Shown here in pieces: positions 44,065-53,938 of a stretch of DNA of 64,000 nt; the first letter of the stretch is position 1, and each line of letters starts with the position of its first letter. Origin of the DNA: Candidatus Yanofskybacteria bacterium RIFCSPHIGHO2_01_FULL_41_21 (GTDB taxonomy: Bacteria > Patescibacteriota > Minisyncoccia > 2-02-FULL-40-12 > GWA2-44-9); the NCBI GenBank assembly GCA_001794025.1, contig MGJA01000008.1, positions 358-64,357 of the forward strand. Direction: 5' to 3'. The translations under genes were made by a program, and so were the position numbers. The notes under the pieces were generated by a model. It saw nothing but the letters and a program-made list of their open reading frames with translations. It was not told the DNA's origin and ran no database searches.

Positions 44065-44852
44065 TGGCTAAATCCTATAAACTGATTGTGTGGCATTTAC
44101 TTGTGGCGGTTTTGGTGTGGTGGATGTGGAAAGCGGGGAAGAGTGTTGGGTTTAATACTGTAACGGGGGTGGATATTCAACTTCCTTCTTTTGTGGCATT
44201 TCTTTTATTGATAGCGGTTATTGTGCTGGGATACATCTTGTTTCGGCAAAGACGTTGGTCGGCGAGTATCGCGGGGATTCTTGGGATTTCGTTTTTAATG
44301 GCGTTTGGCTGGAACTGGTTGAATTTACTCTCGGTTGGTGTTGTTCTGGGATTTAATTTTTGGTCGGCGACAAGAGTAAGGCGGGAGATTAATGAAAGAA
44401 GGGTTCTTAATATTAAAGATGCGTTTTATCATGGATTGATGCCGGTCGTGTTGGGATTGTTTGTGATGATATCTTTTGCCGCTTATCAGGGCCCGTTGTT
44501 AAATGAAATTAAAGATGCTCAACAGTTACCGAGTCAGGCCCAGATATTTTTCAAACAAATAGTTGAAGGAACAGTCGGTCAAAAAATTAAAGCTCCGGCC
44601 GAACAACGCAACTGGATTATTAATGAAATTGCTTCCCAGACCCTTCAACAAATCAACGGAGTTATGAAACCGTATTTCCAATATGCTCCGCCGATTCTGG
44701 CCTTTGGTTTATTCTTAATTCTCTGGGGGTTATCATTTATTTTTATCTGGTTAGGCATATTGGTGGGCATGATTCTGTATTGGATATTAAAAAAGACCCA
44801 CGTGGTGCGGGTTGAAGAACGGGAGGTGAAAGCGGAAGTGCTGGTTGTTTGA
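44064..44852 (+). CDS. hypothetical membrane protein
   Basis: several TM helices; terminator hairpin ccaccgttgaaaagaaa...tttcttttcaacggtgg follows. Confidence 0.55.
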   Translation: MAKSYKLIVWHLLVAVLVWWMWKAGKSVGFNTVTGVDIQLPSFVAFLLLIAVIVLGYILFRQRRWSASIAGILGISFLMAFGWNWLNLLSVGVVLGFNFWSATRVRREINERRVLNIKDAFYHGLMPVVLGLFVMISFAAYQGPLLNEIKDAQQLPSQAQIFFKQIVEGTVGQKIKAPAEQRNWIINEIASQTLQQINGVMKPYFQYAPPILAFGLFLILWGLSFIFIWLGILVGMILYWILKKTHVVRVEEREVKAEVLVV

Positions 44853-44919
44853 ACTCCACCGTTGAAAAGAAACTGCCTTTAGCATTATTAAAAATTATTT
44901 CTTTTCAACGGTGGGGAAA

Positions 44920-45235
44920 AAGAAAATCGGCTCGGGAGTGGCACCTCCAAGAGCCGATGGTTGCATTATACACCTTCCGTATTAGACAAGTGTGCCACCT
45001 TGTCACCAGGACCAGACGAACGGTCAGCGTATTTGGCGAGGGCTTACCCGTTTACCCCGCCTGCTTATTCAGGTTGGCGCCCCAGCACAACCTGATCGGG
45101 TGCCGAGTTCCGGCCCACTTCATTGGAGCCTTTCCTCAGGTTTCGCCCGGTCGTCGTGGGTTTCGATGTGAGGATGAACCTCACAAGCCACTGGGGGATC
45201 GGGGAATTACTAAACGAAGGATCAATACCTTAAGT
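44920..45235. ncRNA. GC-rich ~300-nt noncoding stretch; candidate structured RNA gene (weak RNase P-RNA-like boxes on minus strand)
   Basis: no credible ORF; GC much higher than flanks; minus strand has GAGGAAAGGCUCCA and GGGUAAACGGGUAAGCCC..CGCCAAAUACG reminiscent of RNase P CR-I/CR-II. Confidence 0.3.
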
Positions 45236-45262
45236 ATAGCACATATTGAATAAAGTTGTCAA

Positions 45263-45383
45263 TCCCGCACATAAAAACCAACAATTACCCATATTTTACC
45301 TTAGTTTTACAATCTTTCATTATCAACAGTTTTGTGATAAAATAAGGCAATATATCCGTAGCATTGGTTTTTATGTGCGGGAT
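45263..45383. repeat. 18-bp inverted repeats tcccgcacataaaaacca flanking 85-nt AT-rich spacer (family I) just upstream of dnaJ
   Basis: tcccgcacataaaaaccaa...ttggtttttatgtgcggga. Confidence 0.7.
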
Positions 45384-45400
45384 TAAAATGACATTATAAA

Positions 45401-46243
45401 ATGGCTAACCGTGACTATTATACAATCTTAGGAGTACCTAGGACCGCCTCGGCGGATGATATTAAAAAGGCCTATCGCAAGTTGGCTCATGAACATCATC
45501 CTGATAAAAAGACGGGCGACGAAGCCAAATTCAAAGAAGTGAATGAGGCCTATCAGGTTCTTTCCGATCCGCAGAAGCGTTCTAATTACGATACGCTTGG
45601 TTATGCCTATAATGATGGCGGTTTTGGTGGCAACAATACGCCAGGTGGCGGAGGATATAATTTTAATCAAGAAGATATTTGGAATATGTTTGGCGGTTCC
45701 GCTGGACGACGAACGGGAGAGCGTCGGGGAAATTCAGAAGATATTTTTGAAATGTTTTCGGAAATGTTCGGCGGTTATCGGGATCAATCCGCCGGCTGGA
45801 GAAATGAACAGGAACACAAAGGTGAAGATTTATTTATTGAGGTTACCGTCAGTAAAAAAGATTTAGGAACGACCAGAATACTTGAATATGAAATTCAGGA
45901 TGCTTGCTTGGAGTGTAAAGGGGAGGGAGTAGCCAAGGGTTACAAAATTATTACTTGTCAGACATGCAAAGGCGCGGGTCAAGTTCGTCAACAAGCCCGA
46001 AGCGGGTTTGGTGTTTTTTCAACTATCACTGCCTGCCCAACTTGTCGGGGTCGGGGACGGATACCAGAAAAAGAATGTTCAACCTGCAGAGGTACCGGTC
46101 GGGGCAAGACCCGCCAAACACTTGAAGTTCGTCTACCTGCCAATCTCCCTCATTCTTACAATGTCGTCGTTCCTCAAGCCGGCAACGCTGGCAAAGGCGG
46201 TCAACCCCCCGGCGATTTAGTCGTCAATATTCGTGTGAAATAA
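45401..46243 (+). CDS. dnaJ: chaperone DnaJ, C-terminally truncated (J-domain, G/F, Zn-finger, partial CTD I only)
   Basis: HPD motif; four CxxCxGxG repeats; ends [10 protein letters not shown]; 280 aa versus ~375 typical. Confidence 0.8.
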   Translation: MANRDYYTILGVPRTASADDIKKAYRKLAHEHHPDKKTGDEAKFKEVNEAYQVLSDPQKRSNYDTLGYAYNDGGFGGNNTPGGGGYNFNQEDIWNMFGGSAGRRTGERRGNSEDIFEMFSEMFGGYRDQSAGWRNEQEHKGEDLFIEVTVSKKDLGTTRILEYEIQDACLECKGEGVAKGYKIITCQTCKGAGQVRQQARSGFGVFSTITACPTCRGRGRIPEKECSTCRGTGRGKTRQTLEVRLPANLPHSYNVVVPQAGNAGKGGQPPGDLVVNIRVK

Positions 46244-46245
46244 TT

Positions 46246-46440
46246 CGTTCCCTCCACCCCAACCTCTGACTCAATCGTCACTTGGGGTCCACTCTTACCC
46301 CCAGACCCAGGGAACCAGTCCCGTCGGTTCCCCCAGCTTCGCTGGGACCCCTTCCGCTACTGGGTCTAAGAGTATACCCCAAGTGACTCAGAGTAAAATG
46401 ATTTTAGGATTTCTCGCTGGGGATTAGGGTATCGGTCGCT
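46246..46440. repeat. family B GC-rich long-hairpin element directly after dnaJ stop
   Basis: ccactcttacccccagacccagggaaccagtcccgtcggttccccc...gggtctaagagta. Confidence 0.65.
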
Positions 46441-46467
46441 AATTTTTTTAAATAAAATTGAGCGAAG

Positions 46468-46675
46468 TCATCACTATTTTTCTCAATCTGCACAAACGGT
46501 TGTTATTTCAGATTTTCTGACGCTTCTTTTCCTGGGTACCAGCCCGAGGATGTCGGGAACGGGTTTTCTGAAAGAAAAGCCGCATGGCCCGACAGGAGTT
46601 GCTTCGGCTGGTCAGGAAAAGGAGGAAGAAAACCTAGAAATAGCCCGGGAGGAAGCTGAGAAAAATGGTGATGAC
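46468..46675. mobile_element. MITE family C variant (19-bp TIR gtcatcactatttttctca)
   Basis: core ggtaccagcccgaggatgtcgggaacggg...gccgcatggcccgacagg shared with 36171 and 63349 copies. Confidence 0.6.
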
Positions 46676-46693
46676 TTCACTCAATGATTTGTT

Positions 46694-47353
46694 GTGGTAC
46701 AATTTAAAGACATGGACACTATCTCTAATTTTTTGAAGACGCTTCATATTCCTACTTTTGGAGAGGTGACTTCGTCGGCGTCGCAGGCGGCCGGTGAGGC
46801 GGCAACTAAGGCCGTGGTGGAGAAGGCGAGTCAGATTACAGTGCCGGGGTTAGGAGCACTATCTATGCCATCACTAGGTTCAGGCGAGCTCTTTGGAATT
46901 TTGGTCGTGGTTGGTATTTTACTTATGGCTTTAACGCTTGGGCGAACACGAACGCTTATTTCTGTACTTTCAATTTATGTCGCTTTTGCCCTTCAAACAA
47001 TATTTCCATTTTTTGGTTGGATTTTAAAAAATCAATCTTTGACGAATGATTTACCGACCCTGCGGGTCTTTGTTTTTTTGATACTATATTCAATTGTTTT
47101 CGGATTATTAAATCGGTCAATTCTTAAAACTAGATTTAATTTAGGTGAAGCATCTTTTGTTTCAGTAGTAACGATGGGACTGGTTCAGATCGGGCTTATC
47201 ATTTCCATAATTCTTAATCTTGCTCCAAGTTTTTATGATATCGCAAATAAATTACCAGCGGGTCTTTCACCATTCTTCGGCAATCAACTTGCCCTTTTTT
47301 ATTGGGCGCTCGTTCCTGTGTTTCTACTTATTTTTCAAAAGCGATCCGACTAG
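46694..47353 (+). CDS. hypothetical membrane protein
   Basis: 219-aa ORF with 5-6 TM helices. Confidence 0.55.
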   Translation: MVQFKDMDTISNFLKTLHIPTFGEVTSSASQAAGEAATKAVVEKASQITVPGLGALSMPSLGSGELFGILVVVGILLMALTLGRTRTLISVLSIYVAFALQTIFPFFGWILKNQSLTNDLPTLRVFVFLILYSIVFGLLNRSILKTRFNLGEASFVSVVTMGLVQIGLIISIILNLAPSFYDIANKLPAGLSPFFGNQLALFYWALVPVFLLIFQKRSD

Positions 47354-47421
47354 TTGTATTTTGTTGATTTTTATTGCATAATATTGCGGGTTCTTCGGTT
47401 CTTTAAAAGAGGTAACTAACA

Positions 47422-48348
47422 ATGGAATGTCCAATCAAAGTGTCCGTTTGCAGTGGTTGTGGCGCCGGAGGAAAAATTCTAAAGGTCAGATACCCTGACC
47501 GATACCTTTGCTCTAAGTGCCGGAAAATAGATCAGGATCAAAAAAGGAAACAAACACCAATTCAGGATCCACAAGAAGCACGAAGGAACTATGAACTTTA
47601 CAGATCCCATAGTCGCTTTGCGGACATATTGCCTGACTACGATACTTTAAGAGATAAATTCAAATCCGATCTATCTCTTAAAGAGATTGGCAGACAATAC
47701 GGAATCTCAAAACAGAGAATTGATCAGATTTACAAGCGGTTTTTCAGTTTGCATATTCCTCATCAACCAGACGGAAATGCTAGGCGAAAAATACACTATC
47801 GCAGGAAAAGAGAGTCAAAAAATTTGGCAAAGCTGGCAAGGTTAGAAATGGTTTTTTCAGGTGATCCAGGAATGTCTGCCTTGAAAGAGAAAGCGGAATC
47901 ATTGGGACTCAAAGTTCAAGCTATTTCAGTCAAAGGGCTGGGTGGCAGGATTATTCTGATCGGTGGAAAGCATTGCGTCGTCTATCTGACCAGATATTCT
48001 CACCATCCCAGAACTTCAGCGAAGAACATATATTGGGGATTTTCCCTGAATCCCGTTGCTCTGAAACTGTCGGAGTTTGTTATTCTGGTTGTAGTAGAAA
48101 GTGATAGGTACAGATTTTTTATTGTCCCAACCCACAAGTTTCCAAGCAAGTTTTTTGGTATCAAATCGGTGGCTCTTTATGTACCGCAAAAGAGAATTGA
48201 CCACGATTGTCGAACAGGAAGAAAAAGCGCTATTGATATCCATCAATACGAAAATCAATGGGGTTTTCTGGTTGGTCAGAATTTTCAGTACAAAAAAACG
48301 GCTTCCACTTTTCGTGTGCCGTCAGTCCCTCCTTCAGGCCTCACTTAG
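47422..48348 (+). CDS. hypothetical protein with N-terminal Zn-ribbon and HTH
   Basis: CSGCGAG...CSKCRK; LKEIGRQYGISKQRIDQIYKRF HTH. Confidence 0.55.
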   Translation: MECPIKVSVCSGCGAGGKILKVRYPDRYLCSKCRKIDQDQKRKQTPIQDPQEARRNYELYRSHSRFADILPDYDTLRDKFKSDLSLKEIGRQYGISKQRIDQIYKRFFSLHIPHQPDGNARRKIHYRRKRESKNLAKLARLEMVFSGDPGMSALKEKAESLGLKVQAISVKGLGGRIILIGGKHCVVYLTRYSHHPRTSAKNIYWGFSLNPVALKLSEFVILVVVESDRYRFFIVPTHKFPSKFFGIKSVALYVPQKRIDHDCRTGRKSAIDIHQYENQWGFLVGQNFQYKKTASTFRVPSVPPSGLT

Positions 48349-48413
48349 TGGGGCCTCTTCTTTTTAGTTGACCACGGGTCAGGGTCTTGTTGTATCCCTG
48401 ACCCGTGGCGGAT

Positions 48414-48602
48414 TCATTTCAGTATTGCAAAAAAATAAGCGAAACCGCCGATAATCACTATGAAAGAAAAAACTAGAATGATGAAATTACGCAGGTTCTT
48501 TCTTTCTTCTCTTGCCTTTTCTCCCACCTCCTCTTCGGTGGTGATGATTGGTATTTGTCTTTGTTGACCCTGATTCTTTGCAAAGAACTGCTGTTTTGAC
48601 AT
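48414..48602 (-). CDS. small hypothetical membrane protein
   Basis: 62 aa, C-terminal TM; preceded by bidirectional hairpin at 48362..48408. Confidence 0.3.
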   Translation of the reverse strand: MSKQQFFAKNQGQQRQIPIITTEEEVGEKAREERKNLRNFIILVFSFIVIIGGFAYFFAILK

Positions 48603-48669
48603 GGGTCCTCCTTAAAGGATATATACTCTTTTTATTTACTTATTTCAACACGAGGCAGGCATACTGTCC

Positions 48670-49239
48670 TCATCCTTTATTAATACGCTCAACATAGTCA
48701 CCTGTCTGAGTATTCACTAAAATTATGTCGCCTTGGTTGATAAAGAGGGGGACGTTAACTGAAGCACCGGTTTCAATGGTGGCTTGTTTAACTCCACCTT
48801 GAGCAGTGTCGCCGCGGATGGCCGGTGGTGCTTCGGTAACTTTGTATTCCATTTTAATTGGCAGTTCAATACTGATGATGGTGTCCTCAAAGGCGATAGC
48901 ATCAATGATCGTGTTGGCTTTTAGAAACTTGGCTACATCACCGATAATGTCGGCTTTTAATTCAAATCGTTTCGGATCATTTTCATAAGAGAACCAGTAC
49001 TGGTCGCGATGGGCATAGAGATATTTTACTTTTTGGCGTTCTACATCAGCCGATTCAAAGACATCTGATTGGGCAAAATTACGTTCTAAATTTTTACCAT
49101 TGATTAGATTGCGCATACTAACCTGCACCGTTGGTCGGCGCTGTTGCATTTTTAAATGATGGGTCTCAAGAACCACATAGGGTTGACCCTCGTAGATAAA
49201 ATATGTTTTCGGTTTTAAGTCGTTGACGGGAATAGCCAT
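48670..49239 (-). CDS. efp: elongation factor P
   Basis: full EF-P domains I-III. Confidence 0.9.
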   Translation of the reverse strand: MAIPVNDLKPKTYFIYEGQPYVVLETHHLKMQQRRPTVQVSMRNLINGKNLERNFAQSDVFESADVERQKVKYLYAHRDQYWFSYENDPKRFELKADIIGDVAKFLKANTIIDAIAFEDTIISIELPIKMEYKVTEAPPAIRGDTAQGGVKQATIETGASVNVPLFINQGDIILVNTQTGDYVERINKG

Positions 49240-49261
49240 GAGAATAGAAATTAGTAATTAG

Positions 49262-49300
49262 ACACCTGCCCGACTGAATGACTTAAGTCGTTCGGGCGGG
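49262..49300. terminator. hairpin family J copy
   Basis: cctgcccgactgaatgacttaagtcgttcgggcggg. Confidence 0.45.
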
Positions 49301-49395
49301 TTAGAACTTAGATATATTACTACAGTTTGTGCCTAAAGACAACTTATGATACATTTCTCTTCAGTACCAACTTAGTATCAACGAAAGGATAAACA

Positions 49396-49749
49396 ATGCC
49401 GACAATTGAGGATCTTCTCAATATCCTGAAGTTTAAACGGATGATTGGTCGCGATGGATATGAGGGCTCATGTTTTGGAGTTACGGACGCAAGTCGTCTC
49501 AGACCGGCGTTTCAGGATCCTATTTCTGAAAAGCATGAACATCGGTGTATTAGTTGTGAAGATAATGAACACAACTGTACCGGTATCGCCAAGGTCTATT
49601 CAATCATAATGCGAGAAAATCGGGATTACATAACTCCGCAAATGGTTCCCGAGACAACGTATCGAGAGGTGCCTTGTGGGTGCCGAAGGTGTCATCCTCC
49701 AGTAGTTCAGCCATCCGAAGTAGACGACGAATCTAACCCTCCGTTCTAA
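49396..49749 (+). CDS. hypothetical Cys-rich protein
   Basis: 117-aa ORF; terminator-like hairpin aggccgacacatggtcggcct follows. Confidence 0.45.
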   Translation: MPTIEDLLNILKFKRMIGRDGYEGSCFGVTDASRLRPAFQDPISEKHEHRCISCEDNEHNCTGIAKVYSIIMRENRDYITPQMVPETTYREVPCGCRRCHPPVVQPSEVDDESNPPF

Positions 49750-49797
49750 GAAGATAATGGAGTTCTCTTTCTGAGGCCGACCATGTGTCGGCCTTTG

Positions 49798-50565
49798 TTA
49801 TTGTTGTTTAAATAAAAGGGAGACCAAAAAGAGGGTACCACCGGAGAGGACGACAAGAGGGCCAGGAGTAAAACCATACTGATGAGCGATAATGATACCA
49901 CTGATAGCGGCGACGCCACCCAGAACGGCGGACATGAATGTGTAGTGGGAAAAAGTACGGGAAATATTACGACCGGCGGCGGCGGGAATAATAACTAGGG
50001 CCCCCATTAAAAGTGTGCCCGTTACTTTAATTCCAAGAGCGACAATAATAGCGACCATTAATAAAAATAGAAAATTAATGGTGTTGACGGGTATTTTCAT
50101 TGAGCGAGTCAGGTCTTTGGAAATCGTACTTAAAGCCAATGGTTTAGAAATAAGTTTTAAGGCAATCATAACCAGAGCAATGATCGGAAGGGTGATATAT
50201 AAATCCATACGGGCAACATTACCGATATCACCGAAGAGAGCTTCCAATAATTCCGGTTGAGGTGTCAAAAGAATACCAAGTGCAAGGGCGGTAGTGAAAA
50301 AAATACCCACTAATGTCTCGGAAGGAATACTTGTTTTTCGTTCTAATATCCAAATACCGACAATAGCGACAAATAAAGCCGTGAATGCCCCAACAAATGG
50401 ATTGAAATTAAATAATAGTGCTAACGCTAAGCCGGGCAGAGCTACGTGCGAAAGGGCATCTCCAACAAGAGCCATCCGTCGGAGAATCATAAATGCGCCG
50501 ATATAACCGGCACCGATACCAATCGCTCCACCGATAATTAGTTGAAGAAAAAATATGTCACTCAT
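49798..50565 (-). CDS. metal (Zn/Mn) ABC transporter permease
   Basis: ABC-3 family TM protein; start moved to MSDIFFLQ because upstream 24 nt are repeat family A. Confidence 0.8.
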   Translation of the reverse strand: MSDIFFLQLIIGGAIGIGAGYIGAFMILRRMALVGDALSHVALPGLALALLFNFNPFVGAFTALFVAIVGIWILERKTSIPSETLVGIFFTTALALGILLTPQPELLEALFGDIGNVARMDLYITLPIIALVMIALKLISKPLALSTISKDLTRSMKIPVNTINFLFLLMVAIIVALGIKVTGTLLMGALVIIPAAAGRNISRTFSHYTFMSAVLGGVAAISGIIIAHQYGFTPGPLVVLSGGTLFLVSLLFKQQ

Positions 50566-50675
50566 CCCGTTAGAAATGTAACAGACCATCCACCGTCTTG
50601 AGGTGGTGGCTGGTTACAATCATTTTTATATTATTGATTTTCATATATATACCCGTAGGGTTCATTTCTAACGGG
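50566..50675 (-). repeat. family A cassette copy abutting permease start
   Basis: TIR cccgttagaaatg/catttctaacggg; internal hairpin ccaccgtcttgaggtgg; tatatata box. Confidence 0.75.
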
Positions 50676-50677
50676 AC

Positions 50678-51394
50678 TCATTTGTGTTGGTGGTCGTGAG
50701 TTAAAAAGGTTGCTTCTCCGTATAAGGCCTTAAGAGCCGATGGATCCAGAGCATCAGTCGGTGCGCCATAACAAACCATGTCTTTATTTAGACACAAGAC
50801 CGTGGTGGCGTATTTATATACAACATTTAGATCGTGAGAAATAATAAGAATGGTTAAGTCCTTTTCATCTTTAAGTTTTTTGATAAGGTGATAGATTGTT
50901 TCTTCGCCACCGACGTCAATGCCAGCTGTAGGTTCGTCAAATAAAATAACATCCGGTTGGTCAATGATAGCCCAAGCAATTAAAACGCGTTGAATTTGAC
51001 CACCCGAAAGCCAACCCAGACGTTGATTAAGAAGGTGGTGATTAATATGATGCTCGTCGGTAATACCAACGGAACGGAGAGCGGAAAGAATAGTGTGATG
51101 ATTTTTAGTTTTGAAATTAAGGAACTCCCTAACCGTTAACGGGAAATCACTATCAATAGTAAAACGTTGAGGGATGTAATTTATTTTGATATTTTTTTCC
51201 CAGACGATTGTTCCGGTGTAGGGGATGAGACCAAGCAAGGCACGGAATAAAACTGATTTACCGGCGCCATTGGGACCGACGACGGCAACAGTGTCATCTC
51301 TATTTAAATCAAACGAAATATCATGAAGAATTTTTTGACCATCCAAGGTGACATTGAGATGACTAACTTTTAATATTGATGAGGTTAATTCCAT
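50678..51394 (-). CDS. metal ABC transporter ATP-binding protein
   Basis: Walker A GPNGAGKS, LSGGQ signature, Walker B ILFDEPT. Confidence 0.85.
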   Translation of the reverse strand: MELTSSILKVSHLNVTLDGQKILHDISFDLNRDDTVAVVGPNGAGKSVLFRALLGLIPYTGTIVWEKNIKINYIPQRFTIDSDFPLTVREFLNFKTKNHHTILSALRSVGITDEHHINHHLLNQRLGWLSGGQIQRVLIAWAIIDQPDVILFDEPTAGIDVGGEETIYHLIKKLKDEKDLTILIISHDLNVVYKYATTVLCLNKDMVCYGAPTDALDPSALKALYGEATFLTHDHQHK

Positions 51395-51469
51395 AAAATC
51401 ATTGTATCATAATCAGGTATATTTACAGATAAGGTTGACAAACTCTATTAAATATGATAGTATACAAGC

Positions 51470-52279
51470 ATGACTAAAACTCTTAAATTATCCCTTATAT
51501 TACCTATTATTTTGGCCTTAACGGTCATGCCTTTGTATCCTATTTTAGCCAGCCAGGACGGTTTTGTTGCTCAAGATCCTCAAGCGGTTGTTTGCCAAGC
51601 CCTTGATTTAGTGGGAATCGGTTGTGATTCTCAATCAGGAAATACTGCCTCTCCATCCGGCACTTATCAGCCAACACCGGTTCGTCTTAATTTTGATATT
51701 TTTAATCCCGTTTCAGATAGCTCCGGTAATAATTCCACTATCAAAAATGCTACCGCGCCAAAAGATTTATCCGGTCAGAAGATAAATTTGGTCTCAGTTG
51801 ATAGTTCCGAAGATATTTACTCATTGGTAAATGGTCAAAAACATATCTTCCCTTCACGCGCAATCTTTTATGATTACGGTTATAAGCTTGAGATGGTTCA
51901 ATCAATTTCTCAATATCAACTGGATAAATATCCTCGAGCCCACTTGGTTAAAGTTAAAGGTGATTCAAAGGTTTATTATTTAACTGAAGGTGGTTTAGTT
52001 CGTCCCGTCATTAACACAAAAAAGATATTTGAATTTTATGGTGATCGGGCCGAAGACGTTATTACTATCAGTCGTAAAGAATTTAACTTCTATCCGACAA
52101 ATCAATACGTCTATCAATTCTCACCATTGAATCGCGACGTCTTCCAGATTAGTGGTTCCGGTAAACGCTACTTAACTCCGATGGCCGTTGCTCGTTTGGG
52201 AATTCGTTCTGATCAAGTTGCCCCGGTCAGTAAGGCCGAGTTGGACTATTACAAGACCCTCGCTCCGTTGATTGACTAA
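51470..52279 (+). CDS. hypothetical secreted protein
   Basis: signal-peptide-like N-terminus MTKTLKLSLILPIILALTVMPLYPILA. Confidence 0.55.
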   Translation: MTKTLKLSLILPIILALTVMPLYPILASQDGFVAQDPQAVVCQALDLVGIGCDSQSGNTASPSGTYQPTPVRLNFDIFNPVSDSSGNNSTIKNATAPKDLSGQKINLVSVDSSEDIYSLVNGQKHIFPSRAIFYDYGYKLEMVQSISQYQLDKYPRAHLVKVKGDSKVYYLTEGGLVRPVINTKKIFEFYGDRAEDVITISRKEFNFYPTNQYVYQFSPLNRDVFQISGSGKRYLTPMAVARLGIRSDQVAPVSKAELDYYKTLAPLID

Positions 52280-52280
52280 A

Positions 52281-52494
52281 CTCTCACCTTCAGCGATCTG
52301 CTTCGTTGCAGGTTCCAGCATTGCCGGCCGTAAGGCCGGCTTTTGCGGAGGCGATTCTCGCTTCGCGTGAACCTTCGCCTTGCCGGCCAGTCCAGCAATG
52401 CCTGCGGTACTCATTCGCCGTACCCTTAGTACGGCTCACTCCGTTCCTCGCCTGCGTCTCGCATCTCATCTGAAGGATGAGAGTTTGTTTTATT
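52281..52494. repeat. GC-rich MITE-like element related to family E, 15-bp TIR aactctcaccttcag
   Basis: gccgtacccttagtacggctcactccgttcctcgcc is homologous to the family E core; spurious ORF 52172..52414 lies inside. Confidence 0.6.
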
Positions 52495-52505
52495 AAAGGA
52501 AGTAA

Positions 52506-53363
52506 CTATTTTAATTGAGAGATATCGAAATTGGGATGACCGGAGAGGAAATCAGACATTGAAGTTTCTTTCTTGCCTTCAAGTTGGATTGTGACCAGAG
52601 AAAGTTTACCGTCAATTAGGACGGCTTTTTTAATATTTAAAATCTTGTCTTGCCAAGTGGTCCAGGTGCCCGGTTCGGGGTTGAGGGCGCGGATTTGATT
52701 ATATATTTCTTGCCGGGAACGGGACCAGTCAATATGGCTGTCGTCGCGAGTGAGGAGTTTAGTAAATGTAGCTTGGTTATGATTTTGTGGTTGAGGTGTT
52801 ATTTCTTTTGCTATATATTTTGGCAAGGTTTCAATCAATAATTTTGCGCCAAGATTCCAAATTTCTTTTTCAGCATCTTCTTTAAATATGTCTGGTTTCA
52901 ATGTATATTTTTCTTCAGATAATATTGGACCATGGTCCACCTCGCTGTCAATAATTATAATAGTGATTCCAGTTTCTGATTCTCCATTTAGAATTGCTCC
53001 TTGGATAGGCGATGGTCCTCTATATTTTGGAAGGAGAGAAGGATGGATACAGATAAAACCAAATTTGGGCACATCTAAGTATTTTTTAGGAATAATTTTA
53101 CCATAGCCCCCGATGATACAAATATCCGGGTTTAAGTTTTTAAATATTTCAAAAAAGCCATCATCTTTTAGTGTTTCTGGTTGGAAAATTGGTATATTAT
53201 GTTTTTGGCCAGTAATTTTTACTGGCGGGGAAACTAACATTTTTTTTCTTCCCACCTCACCATCTGGTTGAGTGATGATTGCTATAGGAGAATAATTATT
53301 AGTAATCAAAGCATCAAGCGGACGAGTGGCAAAATCTGGAGTTCCAAAAAAAATTATTTTCAT
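52506..53363 (-). CDS. fmt: methionyl-tRNA formyltransferase
   Basis: MKIIFFGTPDFA...; def-fmt operon. Confidence 0.9.
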   Translation of the reverse strand: MKIIFFGTPDFATRPLDALITNNYSPIAIITQPDGEVGRKKMLVSPPVKITGQKHNIPIFQPETLKDDGFFEIFKNLNPDICIIGGYGKIIPKKYLDVPKFGFICIHPSLLPKYRGPSPIQGAILNGESETGITIIIIDSEVDHGPILSEEKYTLKPDIFKEDAEKEIWNLGAKLLIETLPKYIAKEITPQPQNHNQATFTKLLTRDDSHIDWSRSRQEIYNQIRALNPEPGTWTTWQDKILNIKKAVLIDGKLSLVTIQLEGKKETSMSDFLSGHPNFDISQLK

Positions 53364-53381
53364 AAGTATATGTGATAAATT

Positions 53382-53479
53382 GAGAACCTACTCTTTAACC
53401 CAGTAGTGGAAGGGGACCCGCGAAGCGGGGGAACCGACGGGACTGGTTCCCTGGGTCTGGGGTAAAGAGTAAGTTCTCA
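53382..53479. repeat. family B GC-rich repeat between def and fmt (TIR gagaacttactcttta)
   Basis: acccagtagtggaaggggacccgcgaagcgggggaaccgacgggactggttccctgggtctgggg. Confidence 0.65.
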
Positions 53480-53482
53480 ATT

Positions 53483-53938
53483 TTAAGCACGACGATCTTT
53501 AATTACTAAGCCGTTGAGGTGGTCGGTTTCGTGTTGAAGGACACGGGCAAGGAAACCTTTGGCTTTGAATTTGATTTTTTTTCCGGATTCATCTAGGGCT
53601 TTGAACATGATTTTTTTGGAGCGGGGGATTTCAACATAAAAACCCGGGATAGAGAGACAACCTTCTTCAATGTTATCTGTGTCTTTTGAGTATTCGGTAA
53701 TTTCAGGATTAAAGTAGGCCTCCGGTACCTTATTTTCAAGAGCAACTTTTGTGTCAATTACAAAAATACTTAAGTCCAGCCCGATCTGATTTGCAGCCAG
53801 ACCCACGCCCATATTATCCACCATGGCCTTTTTCATATCCAAAATCAGCTGGGTGTATTTGCCCGCTTTTATTTCGTCGGCTGGGATTGTCTTGGTTTTA
53901 TTCGCCAAGACATTATGGGGAATTTTTGTTATTTCCAT
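53483..53938 (-). CDS. def: peptide deformylase
   Basis: GVGLAANQIG, EGCLS, HExxH-type QHETDHLNG; start moved to MEITKIP. Confidence 0.9.
   Translation of the reverse strand: MEITKIPHNVLANKTKTIPADEIKAGKYTQLILDMKKAMVDNMGVGLAANQIGLDLSIFVIDTKVALENKVPEAYFNPEITEYSKDTDNIEEGCLSIPGFYVEIPRSKKIMFKALDESGKKIKFKAKGFLARVLQHETDHLNGLVIKDRRA

Noticed and set aside
44849-45253. 134-aa ORF in the GC-rich block after the membrane-protein gene
   Set aside because: Composition and sequence look non-coding (no RBS, random-looking residues, sits in a GC island with terminator upstream); treated as candidate RNA region instead.
49798-51394. Complete znuABC operon
   Set aside because: Only permease and ATPase are present; the adjacent secreted protein (51470..52279) lacks the periplasmic metal-binding protein signature, so no znuA is called.
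52172-52414. 80-aa minus-strand ORF
   Set aside because: Lies wholly inside a GC-rich MITE-like element with terminal inverted repeats; Ala/Pro/Gly-rich translation typical of GC-rich non-coding DNA.
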